A DNA stretch of 63,666 bases, the filler included, from Octopus bimaculoides (taxonomy: Eukaryota): NCBI RefSeq assembly GCF_001194135.2. It is 4 parts of 4 records of this genome, joined end to end, with 100 filler letters (N's around TTAATTAATTAA, not from the genome) between each part and the next. Parts side by side here need not be neighbours in the genome. Positions count along the whole stretch, not along the records: positions 9,042 to 39,933 come from NC_068981.1; 3 more parts are not named here. One strand, written 5' to 3'. Numbering within the stretch: the stretch's first letter is position 1; each line of letters starts with the position of its first letter. The notes under the pieces are model-generated. The model did no database searches. It saw only the letters and a program-made list of their open reading frames with translations, and had not been told where the DNA came from. The translations under genes and the position numbers were made by a program. Positions 12,380 through 24,316 of the stretch are shown here, piece by piece.

Positions 12380-13170
12380 ATATCTCTCCCTCACACACAC
12401 TTTATCTATTAAAATAACCAAACAAATAAATCCGTCAACTACTTAGATGTTACACTCGAAGTGGAATCCAGAAACAAAAAAGCTTACGAAAAATATAAAA
12501 ATATCCAGTTTATATATAAACAATTCAACCACTCCAAAAGCGTTATCACAAGCCTAGTCAAGAAAATTTCTATCAGATTTTCCTCCTTATCTCCGGATGA
12601 AAATATTTTAAACGAAATAATAACTCGGTATAACTAAGCTCTCAATAACAGCGATTAAAAGGAAAAAGTGCACTATATAATTAACAAACTTCATTCAATG
12701 AAATGCCTAAAATAGAACAAAGGAATTCATCTGGTTTAATCTACACTTCAGCATGTAGGTCCACACAACAATAGCTAAAATAATACTTTCAAAATATTGC
12801 ATAATAAATCCTTCCGCCCAAACTAGAAGTACTACAATACACAATACAACCACAACAAGCAAACTTTTCGCAAGCAAAATAGGAAATATGATGCGTTGCT
12901 ATTTAAACTTAAATGGAGATTAGAGTTACGAAAAATACTTCGCTTGGCATCAATCTGAAAATACTGTCACACAAACAACGTTACAAAGGTAGCAACAAAT
13001 CCTGCCAGCATTGTGTTAAGAAATCCTACCACATTCTTAATTTCACGAACCAAATTCTGAACCTAAATTTTGAATTAGTCGTTTCATGCAAGCACAATAT
13101 TTTTAAAATAATAAGACATTTCTAACCAATAAAGGCTAAACGTGTTGTTAACATATGAGCATTTTCCCTC
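12380..13170 (+). mobile_element. Penelope-like element, RT-end plus GIY-YIG region, decayed
   Basis: Broken frames resemble YINKQFNHSKSVITSLVKKISIRFSSLS..IWFNLHFS..RVTKNTSLG..HKQRY..SCKHN. Confidence 0.65.
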
Positions 13171-16100
13171 CCTCGATATATATCATAAACTATCCCCCGT
13201 AATATACTTAAAAACTCTTTAACAGCTTTACATTAAGCAAATACAGTAGAAATTATCTAAACGTTTCCTTTCCAACCAGAGTGAACACAAAAGATTTTCT
13301 AATATAATAACAGAAGCTCATGTGCACATTCACAAGCAAATATATATATATGTATCTGTATGCAAGCAAACAGGAAGACCCTTTACCTTTTTAATTTTTT
13401 TTTTCTTTTCTGAATTGTCTTTTCAAACTTTGAATTTCTATGCTTTAACGTTTAAATCTGTTTTTTTTTTTCAAATTAAGTTTTTATATTAAGATATTTT
13501 GTCCCATTTGTAAAAACAAAATGTATACACTTCTTTATAATTCCGCACTTTCGCATATATATCGAGATGCGTAAAATAATATATTATAAAATATAAAATT
13601 CGAAACAGAATTGTAGAAATATTTATAAACTCATAGCCAACTAGCTCTACCTCCATAAAACATTGGGTTAAATTTGTACCTTTTACCCGGCTTTTCATGA
13701 CTCAATGAAATTCGTTCACTCTCAAATCCTCATCAATGAAAGTTCGAAGTACATTTCTCGTTTTAAACATCTAGTCATTTCTGACAAGAAGCGTTTTTCA
13801 ATTTCGCTTTCACTGAGTAACTTTGCTGGACTGAATTGAAAACTTCTTGTGCGTGTTGTTTTGGCTGGCTTTGATAAAAACATGATGATATCTCTCTGCA
13901 TTCTTTTTATCAATACCAATGTCCGTATCAATCACAAAATCGGGCTCACTTTTTTCAGTGTTTCTCAGTAATAATCAATAATTTCTGTAAAAGAAACTCT
14001 ATTAGAAGTTAATAAATTGAAGATACAGAGGATAAGAGTAAGTATTGAAATATAACCATCCCATCGATTATACAAAGAGCAGCTATTAAGTTTACAACGG
14101 ATTCCTTTTTTACTCTAGTAAGTGGAGCAAGGATTTCTTAACCAGAGTACATTGTTTTATGGAGAAAATGAATAGCACCAGGACAAGATAGTTGGTTCTG
14201 AAATGTTGAATATTGTTTCTCTGCAACTTGGCAAAAAGTAGGAACGTTGCAAGCAATAAACTATTGGTGCTCGTTATTTTAGAGTTTTCTCTCAGATTTG
14301 TAACCTCTCCAATTTTACCGGAACAAGACGTATGATTAAGGCGAAGATGGCTTTACATATCTGATGCCGTCTCTCTTTACAAAATGTAACATTTCTGAAA
14401 CCAAATTGTTCCAAGTATCGTTTTGCCTAATCAGGAACAACGACTCCTGGTGTCATGTGTTACAGGTCAGAATCACCAAAAAAATCAAAGTAATTGAGAA
14501 ATGTACGTCATTTTTAACACATTCAAACCTATCTAGTCTAGATTTTTTCTTCACCATGTTCTCTTTTCCGGTCATTGCCTTGCACTTTTGTGATAAAACG
14601 GATTAACTGATTTTTTTTTATTTCTACAATTATCACCTTATGAACACCACAGTTTCTAAATATACCAGTAGTGTGTTTCGGTAAGGAAAGTAGTTGGATA
14701 ATGTGTGATAATGAATTGTGCTGGGTAATTACGAAATGGACTGCCTGGTGTTGCTTCGGGGGCGACGAAAATATAAGCTGAAATTTTTCAGAAGATACTT
14801 CTGTAATCGGCAACGCTGCCATCCAGTATACAGATTAGAATTGTTTCCATTCATGTAGGCAGGTTCAGCCGATATTCTCTTTTAGTTCTTACTTGTATAG
14901 GAATGTATGTATGTATGTATATATGTATGTATGTATGTATGTATGCATGTATATATATGTAATATATATTTATATATTTATCTATATATATATATCCGTT
15001 TCTCTCACTCTCAAGATATATACGTGTATATGTATGTATATATATATATATGTATATATGTATNNNNNNNNNNNNNNNNNNNNNNNNNNNNNNNNNNNNN
15101 NNNNNNNNNNNNNNNNNNNNNNNNNNNTATATATACATATATATAGACACATAATATATATATACATATATACCTATATATATACACACACACATATATA
15201 TATATACATACATACATACACACACGCACACTTATATTTATATATACATATTATGTGTGTATATGTGTGTATATACATATGTATATGTGTGTATAAATAA
15301 TATCTGTATATATTCATATGTGGGATTCTGCGTTGGTCTAGCAAAACAATTTAACTTTGATATATATATATTCTACTATTTGATACAGTAATAGCTTTAT
15401 TCTAATCTACTTTTTATTGACAACACACATTTCATAACAGATATTTTGGCACTGATGTCAGCAATCAGAAAAACATTCTTTGTTCCTTATAGCCATGTTT
15501 ACCATATTTGCCAGATATTTTATAATCTGTTAGAAGTCTTTCTTTCTCTCATATCTAAAGAGAAAATTACTCTATGATGGAGCAAGGTCTTTAATTAGGT
15601 TCTAAAACGGTTTATAACAAATCGGCTGAATGTGTCCACAAGGACATTGGACAGCTGTTCGGAAAATTCAATAGAAAGTAAGAACGAACTTTGAAGACTT
15701 CGATGAATAGATTAAGCAAATATTCTTTTATTTCTCATACTAGGTTTTATTTCTTTACTTTATCTGAATTTATTGTTTTATTTTTCGTTGGCTCACTTAC
15801 AAAATCTATGAGGGAATCAGCTTTTGTATCAATTAAATACTGGTTTCATGTCGTTTAATATCATTTCAATATATTTTGATTGTTTTCGTTGGGAATATTT
15901 TAATAGTTTATATATCTTTTGAAGTTTTCGTTGCCTCTTTTACAATATTTTCTGGCAATGTTTGTTGTTTATGTTTGGAACTCTGTTCCATATGTTCATA
16001 AGTTTCAAGTTGTTGTTTTTTCTGGGTTTTTTTCCCCGAACAAATTCAGAGCCTTCTCTTAAGTAAATGTACACATATACGAAATAAATATGTCGTGCTG

Positions 16101-17045
16101 TTTTCTTGATTATAAGGATATACTTATATACGTATGCCCTTGCATACACAATTATACTCGGCGATAAACCTCTCAAAAAAGACGCCCATACATGGTGGTG
16201 TATATATAAAAATATACACGGTCAGACATGCACACACATATCCTTATGTCTGTGTATGTGTGTGTGCGTCTGTGTGTGTGTGTGTGTACACACATAATAT
16301 ATTTGTATGTATGTATATGTAATTGTGAATGTGTGTGTATACTACAAAAGAATGATAATATGAATACAAATTATTATTTATATATTGTTATGTATGCTAA
16401 ATAAATATGTTAAGCAATAAATATCTTAAAAGAAATCCCTTTATTAAGAACAGTAATTTTACATGTGAATAAAACCAACGATCTCAGATGTGCGAGCGTA
16501 GTTTATATTCAGAATTTGATTTCCTTTCAGGAAAATCCTATTTAAACATACACCTATCTAATTATTATGCTGCACACTCGTAATTGTTGCTGGAACGTTT
16601 GTAATCTAGCGATGCAATGTGGTTATTCCAGTAGAGATCTAATAAATATTATATGTTGTATGATAATAAAAGCGTTTTGCAAGTGTTTCGTGTTTAGAAC
16701 TATACTTCTTTAAAGAGTGGTCTCTAGATGCAGATCATAGCTCCTAATAAGCCACTTAATAAGCATTTGGACCAGCAGCAGCAACGTTCTCCAGTATTTA
16801 GGCAATGACACAAAAGTACCAAAATCAGATCTATAAAACAGAAACTACATAATTTATGACAATGATTTCTGAAATGTTGGATAAATGGTACCTTTAAATA
16901 AAAGTTGCTTACGTCTTCGAGTTAAGTAAATGTATTGCTCTCTCTCACTGTAGCTGTCACATTGTTGATATTCCTTAACATGCAGTCTTGATTTTGCCTG
17001 CACTTTTGGTTTATGGTCTTACAAAAGAGTAAAGTATCATAAGAG

Positions 17046-17046
<1 letters not shown>

Positions 17047-17087
<41 letters not shown>

Positions 17088-17138
17088 AAGATAGATAGAG
17101 ACAGACAGACAGGCAGATAGATAGATAGAGAGATAGAG

Positions 17139-17208
<70 letters not shown>

Positions 17209-17225
17209 AGAGACAGACAGACAGA
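17047..17225. repeat. (ATAG)n tetranucleotide array
   Basis: Directly visible. Confidence 0.95.
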
Positions 17226-18014
17226 GATGAATACGTACATATGTACATACATACGCAGGCACGTGTCTATACACCTTTAACAGCTTCTGAATGAAATTTG
17301 ATAGAATGTACTTTTTATTTAAATTAACTACTCTGGTCTCATGCTACTGCAATCTTTAGGCGATAACATTTCTTTTCGCCCGCGGGATGATCTAAAATAC
17401 TTTGAACTGGCTTCGTTATTTTATATTTGAATATCGTAATACTGCCTGGTTTTCAATGTTGCTTTCTTGGGTCTTTGTCTATGCTGGTCTGTATTTGAAA
17501 CTGAGAGCGAGAAGTGCCACATATATGGACACAGTAAATAGGGAGAAAATAAGCAGATTTAGAGTAAATGCTTCAATTGTTATTACAGAAATAGATATTG
17601 TTGTTTGTTCTCCGATGCATACTACCATTGTCTAACTTTAGCTCACCAAAATCAAATTTTTCCAATGAAGTTTCTCAGAATTTCTCACCGAAAAAGCGGA
17701 AGAAACAATGATCTTTTACTAAAAATATTTATTCAATTTTGGGAAATTTAGGAGTATACATACGTATATATGCATCGGTAGCCACACATATTACTAACTT
17801 AACGGTGAACGTTTTTCTTGTATTTGTCGGGTTTATTTATAGCGTGATTTATGGGTGTGCGGTTATTAGAATCGAGTTTTGTGTATTTTATAGATATATA
17901 TAGATGTGATTATTAGAAGTTGATGTGGCAACATGACATAGGCTTAAATCAATGTTTATATAAAACTGTTTCTATGAGATATTAAAACGTTTCTTTCGAT
18001 AATGGTTTCAAATT

Positions 18015-18212
18015 TTGCCACGAGCACAGCAATTTTGGGTGAGGTGATTAGTCGATTACATCCAGCCCGGTGTTCAACTGGTACTTATTTTATCGACCCT
18101 TGAAAGGACGAATGGTAAAGTCGACATCGGCGGAATTTGAACTCAGAACAGAGCGACTGACGAAATACCGCTAAGCATTTCGCCCGGCGTGCTAACAATT
18201 CTATCAGCTTGC
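18015..18212 (-). mobile_element. Family B SINE, CpG-intact
   Basis: gtcgattacatccagcc..ttatcgaccc..gtcgacatcggcggaatttgaactcagaac..ccgctaagcatttcgcccggcgtgctaac. Confidence 0.85.
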
Positions 18213-19099
18213 TGACTTGGTTCTTTTAATAATGACAAGATTATTCTTTTTTATTATATTTAATTTTGTGACTCTACATACCAAAGTGTCGATAATACTT
18301 CTGTAATATTCCTGAGTATTCCTTACTTGATTAGGTTTTTTTTTATACAACTCAAATCTAAGTTACTATTTCTTTGCTTTGCGAAATCTATTTTTGCTAA
18401 TATTATTATAAATCATATTGGCCCCAGTTATAGTACAAATGCACAAACAGCTGAAAGCTTGCAGCACTAAACATTGTTAGAATCCCCTACCTGTTTGTAA
18501 TTAGTTTGATTNNNNNNNNNNNNNNNNNNNNNNNNNNNNNNNNNNNNNNNNNNNNNNNNNNNNNNNNNNNNNNNNNNNNNNNNNNNNNNNNNNNNNNNNN
18601 NNNNNNNNNNNNNNNNNNNNNNNNNNNNNNNNNNNNNNNNNNNNNNNNNNNNNNNNNNNNNNNNNNNNNNNNNNNNNNNNNNNNNNNNNNNNNNNNNNNN
18701 NNNNNNNNNNNNNNNNNNNNNNNNNNNNNNNNNNNNNNNNNNNNNNNNNNNNNNNNNNNNNNNNNNNNNNNNNNNNNNNNNNNNNNNNNNNNNNNNNNNN
18801 NNNNNNNNNNNNNNNNNNNNNNNNNNNNNNNNNNNNNNNNNNNNNNNNNNNNNNNNNNNNNNNNNNNNNNNNNNNNNNNNNNNNNNNNNNNNNNNNNNNN
18901 NNNNNNNNNNNNNNNNNNNNNNNNNNNNNNNNNNNNNNNNNNNNNNNNNNNNNNNNNNNNNNNNNNNNNNNNNNNNNNNNNNNNNNNNNNNNNNNNNNNN
19001 NNNNNNNNNNNNNNNNNNNNNNNNNNNNNNNNNNNNNNNNNNNNNNNNNNNNNNNNNNNNNNNNNNNNNNNNNNNNNNNNNNNNNNNNNNNNNNNNNNN

Positions 19100-19130
<31 letters not shown>

Positions 19131-20179
19131 GTATATTATAATTATGAAATTATTGCAAAATATGAATTATTTCAAATGACACGAACCACATCTGTGAGTG
19201 CGACTACTGACACTGTTTCGTCTGTCGCAGACAGTCATTTCCGGATTGACTTAAATTGCTACAAGATATGTTTGAATGAAAAATAGTTCACATAATTAAT
19301 AATGTTTGCGTTTATAATTAACCAAACGACAGAGAAAATTTCAACTTCCAATCTCAATATAAAATACATGTTATTCTATTTTAAAGTAACTTACACAATA
19401 GTGATGACAGCCAATCAGTCCAAACATTTCTTTTACCTCAACATCTCTGCAAAAGCAATTGAATTTCGACAATAACTTTCTTGAGTGCAAGCCTGTAACC
19501 ATGATAATAAAAGTCGTATGCAGATTTCGTTGTAGTAAAGTGTCTGCTAAACTTTATAACACGGAGCATTTCTCAAAGCCCAGGATGCTTTGTTAGTATA
19601 TCCTATTTCAGCGTTAACCACTTTCGACGAGTATCTAGTAGTCTGCAAGTGTCGACATTCCACTTAAACCCAGACTCCAGTAGTGCTATGTCTATGACGT
19701 GACATCAAGTAGACAAGAGGAGAGTGCCAACAGTAAACCGGTTCTTTATTTATCCATCTTAAAATGAGAATAGACCATGATGCCCACAGAGGTATTTGGA
19801 ATCAGAACCCAAACAGCCAGAACAAATACGGCAACGCTTTCTATCCAAAGCTCTAATGACTATCGATCGATTGATGTACACAGACACCTACAAATACAGA
19901 GTTATCTGTAAATGGATATGAAGTATAGAAAAAAAATAATATATAAATATATACTCCAGATTTTTTACACATGGGTACTTTGATGACTTCTACTCATATG
20001 TTCAATTCACATACGCATAAATTCACAGCATTGAATAACTGATCTTTTTCTATGTGTATCCTTAGATAACTCATTTCAATTAACAAAAGTCATAGTGCAG
20101 TGTTTCATATGATTCCCTTGGTAAATGGATGGCCTGGTTAGCATTACAACTCTTCTCTATGATGATTTGAAATGAAAGT

Positions 20180-20350
20180 GCAAGATTATGGTGCCAGCAT
20201 CAACTGAAGCGGAGCGAGAGAATACTAGTGGTGAGGAGCAGCATCAGGGAGCCTGGTTAAGATGGGAAAAATCAGTGACACGCAAATGTTAACCGATTAA
20301 CCTACTTGGTTAAAAGCTTTGTGAGGTTCTTCCCAATCCATCTAAATTAT
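20180..20350 (+). mobile_element. Fragment of REL-endonuclease LINE (Hero/NeSL-like)
   Basis: HQGAWLRWEKSVTRK..VLPNPS motif typical of the post-RT region of these LINEs. Confidence 0.5.
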
Positions 20351-20599
20351 TATTCCGGGGAACAACACAGCTCATCAGTTGTTATCTGTGCTTGAAAGGA
20401 GGAAATATGCAGTACATAATCCACGGTTCAAAATATATACACGAGTGAAAAAACGAAAGACAGAAGTATTTAACACATTTGGTAGGAACCATATATTTTT
20501 AATAACATATTGTATCAGCTATACATGATTTAACTTGAGCGTGTGGACATGTCCATCACATCAGTCGTTAGGAGTAGTGTAAAAGTTCATGTCTAGGCC

Positions 20600-21700
20600 T
20601 GCATTGGACAACTCATATCACGTGGTATTAAAGGGCCAGTATATTCTCTTTATTTTGAAACTCACATTTCCAGAGAGGATGTTAACAAAGTGTTGGCGAC
20701 ATTTTGGCAGCAGACTACCACACTGTTTTCAGTGGCTAACATAGATAGGAGCGTCCTCAAGCTAATTCTAAGACATTAAATACAATACTTCTTTCAATCC
20801 GCACAATATGAATGCCATTTACTCCTGCTTAGACATCTCTTCAAACGTCGCATACTACAATAACTTCTACACAGATAAATACATAGAAGACCCTGAATCT
20901 TAAAAACTGAAGTCCATAAAAGTTGTAGTCCTTAAAAGCTGTACCATCCTGTTGAGCTTCAACTGGAGACTCAGTGACAACCTAAATGAATTCTCCAACA
21001 TCCTCTACGGTATCTTTGGCAGCCTGTCTTTACTGACCTGCAGTTCACAATACTCAACTCTGTTTCTGCGAGAGACTACACTTAACTCACCAACCAGCAG
21101 CATCCAGCAAGAGGAAGAATGAACTAACTTATTGTTACCAGCATATATACTCTCTGTCAATTAATTTCAAGCCACCTGTGGCAGACAACTTAGTTCTACC
21201 ACCCGAGACCTAGTTAGCCCAGACTCAAGAGACTGGTACTTAATCTATGCTGCCCGGATTGGGTACAAGCCACACGTGTTGCTCATGTAACTTCATCTAT
21301 AGTCCAACACCTTCAAATTTTGTAACTCACTTGTAAAGACTGCTGTCGCTAATGTCCCCGTAGTCTACTGAACAACTACTGGGCTACTGACTCCCTTCAA
21401 CATTCCATCCCGTATGTGATATCAAATACAATAAGCTAACGCACTACGTTGCCGCTTGCTACCAAAGATGTACCAGCACCCTCTCCAAACAGATGGACAT
21501 AAAAATATAGAAAAATTCCTTGTGTCACTTTGCTAACTTTAGTGCCATGTGACATGAACTGACCAATAAATACCAAGAAACCGTCCTGAATTTCTCTCAA
21601 AACCCAAATCTGCTAGTGGCATTTCATGGGATGGACATGTCCTACACCACCACTACCACGAAAGTCAGATATGACTGAATCAAAGTGACAGCTATATATC
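20600..21700 (-). mobile_element. Highly degenerate LINE 5' segment (CR1-like?)
   Basis: GC-richer block with faint endonuclease-like translation (MDFS..IQG); family not secure. Confidence 0.3.
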
Positions 21701-21809
21701 TATCTTTCTATCTATATATTTGCTTTTTAATTCCTTGTAGCAACCTATAATATAATGTATTTAAAGTATCTCGATATATTAATTATTGCATGTTACGCTA
21801 TATATATAT

Positions 21810-22000
21810 ATTAGAAGGGTTGGATGTCATGTACAAATTTTATACATTAGAGAAATGAGGTAATCAGAGATCTGGATGTTTGTACATATACAAATATTTA
21901 TTAACATGTTATGTTTTTACAAATCACATATTTTCATCTACTCTAATAGCTTCTTCAGATTTAAATTGTGTTAAGGGGTTTGTCTCTTTTTACAGGATTA
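21810..22000 (-). mobile_element. Penelope-like GIY-YIG remnant; homologue at about 40360-40540
   Basis: atctggatg(t)ttgtacat..ttattaa..catgttttt..atttgtctcttttta shared by both loci; minus reads ..YVQTSRSLIT.. Confidence 0.45.
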
Positions 22001-22484
22001 GTCAATAGGTTGGGGTGGAGAGAAAGAGAGGAAAAGGATAGTAACGTGGAGTGTAAATGGTAGGAAAAGAGGGAGAGGAATGAGGACATAGTGGAGGGAG
22101 AAATTGAGAGACATACTCTTACTTTCTCCCTCCACTATCTCCCCATTCTTCTCTCTCTTTTCCTACCTTTACATTCCACATTACTCTTCTTAGCTTAGTT
22201 TTTCCTTGGGTCTGTCCAGATTGGAGCAATATGGAATATAACCAGCCGAAATCGCAAAAATAATCAGGATCTCGACTGAGGAAAGAAAACTCCGAATGAC
22301 CTGTCCTTGTTTTCTTTGTATCGTCTATCTGGATGTTCTGTTGTCCCTTTCTTGTATCACCTACCTATCTGGATGTTTTGTGTTCTTGTCCCATTTTGTA
22401 TTATTTATTTATATAATGTGTGTGTGTATGTGTGTTTCTCTNNNNNNNNNNNNNNNNNNNNNNNNNNNNNNNNNNNNNNNNNNN

Positions 22485-22557
<73 letters not shown>

Positions 22558-23644
22558 GTGAGAGTGGGTAACATAAAAGAGAGTTAATGTAAAAACGAAG
22601 GATACATTCTAAATGGAATATATATATAACAAGCACATGAAAAACAATGGTAACATACGAACCAATTTGTAAAGATATTCGGAATGTCTAATGCCATTAC
22701 GTAGTGAAAAACCAAAGGGTAAATATACGGCAAGTCAGTAATTTGCATGAGTAAATTTGCATGAGTAATTTGCGTGAGAAGAGAGCCGCCACGAAATAAG
22801 TGAAAAGGAATAGAAGGGAATGATAAAAGGCAGGCGTACATCAGACTCCGAAATTGGTTATAAAAAATCAGTTTGTGTGTAGCAAGGAGATTGATGGACC
22901 ATATTGTTTTAGTAGGAGCACATAGTAATCAACTCAAATTTAGAATTGACTTTGCTGAGAAGCTGAGTGAGCGTATTGAATTCCTCGAATAATAAGCATA
23001 CGTGGCACGTATGTATGGCTACAGGGGTAACTTTGATAGGAAAACATTTAATTTTGTTATATATTTTATATTTTAAACTTCATATATAAGTTGAATATTT
23101 TGTTGATGTTTCATGATTCATAACTAATCTCGTATATTTACTGGATATATATGTAAGTTCCTAATAGTATCAATAAAGTAGTTTTCCTCATTTATATCAT
23201 CATTGACGGAATTTGTGAAAAATGAAACCTCCAGTATGAAATTAATTTAACTGGAGTGAATACAATATCAACGTGGTGTTGCATTTGTGCCAAGTCTCAT
23301 GATACATTTGCTTAAAAATTTCCTTTCATTTTATATGGTTTTACACTACATTTTATTTGTATAAAATATGATGTAGATTGATGTAACAATTCCAGTAATT
23401 AGAGAAAAATAACTCATTGATAATACCGTTATCTATGTTCCTTTGATTGCTTATATTTATGTACTGTTATGTATGCCCCAGTCTCATAATTAGTATATTT
23501 CGTTGTTATATATCTTTGGTATCTTAGATATAAATATTTGTTTTTCGATAACTGAATATTAATTCTAATTTTCCTTCCTTTACATTCTATTAACCAGGTT
23601 TTCTTATAAGTGCTGGCCAAAGGACTCATTTGTTATCCTTTTTG

Positions 23645-23683
<39 letters not shown>

Positions 23684-24020
23684 ATTGAGTGTAAATGAGT
23701 TTGTGTTTGTCTACCTGTGCCTGTGTATGTTTGTACATGTATATATGTATGTATGTATGCATGCATGTATGTACCTATGTATGTATGCATGCATTTAAGT
23801 ATGTATGCGCACACATCCATCTTTATTTTTCTAAAACTTCTTGGAATACACACTTTTAGTTAAAGGATATTATTTAGAGTATACAGCACAGTCAAAACTT
23901 ATTCATAGTTCTGAACGCATACTCTGATAAAAATTGTTGATGTTTATTGAGAACACAACATCAAATTGAACCACAACTAAAATGCAATACAATAACTCGT
24001 ATGTTCTATCAAAAGCTATA

Positions 24021-24316
24021 CAGTAATCCCTCGCCATATCGCGGCTCACCTATCGTGCACTCAGTACATGATCATTCACCTATCGTGCACTCAGTACATG
24101 ATGGTTCACCTATCGTGCACTCATTACATGATGGTTCACCTATCGCATACTCAGTACATCGCAGATTTTTCTGGCTAATACATGTAAATTTATATCACGG
24201 TCCCTTCAGTATATCGTGGGTTTCTGTGACTGATAGGTATTTATATTGTTTTAGATTTTAATTATTTTTGTGGAGGGTTTTGGAACGTAATACTCGCGAT
24301 AGTAAACGGATTACTG
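24021..24316. mobile_element. pogo/Tigger-type MITE with internal 30-bp tandem repeat
   Basis: TA|CAGTAATCC...GGATTACTG|TA termini; tcacctatcgtgcactcagtacatgatggt repeated about 3.7 times. Confidence 0.85.

Noticed and set aside
14296-14385. Exon-like frame FVTSPILPEQDV*LRRRWLYISD with a TGA that A-to-I editing could turn into Trp
   Set aside because: An alternative donor (GAC|GTATGA) precedes the stop, there is no homology evidence, and editing cannot be judged from DNA
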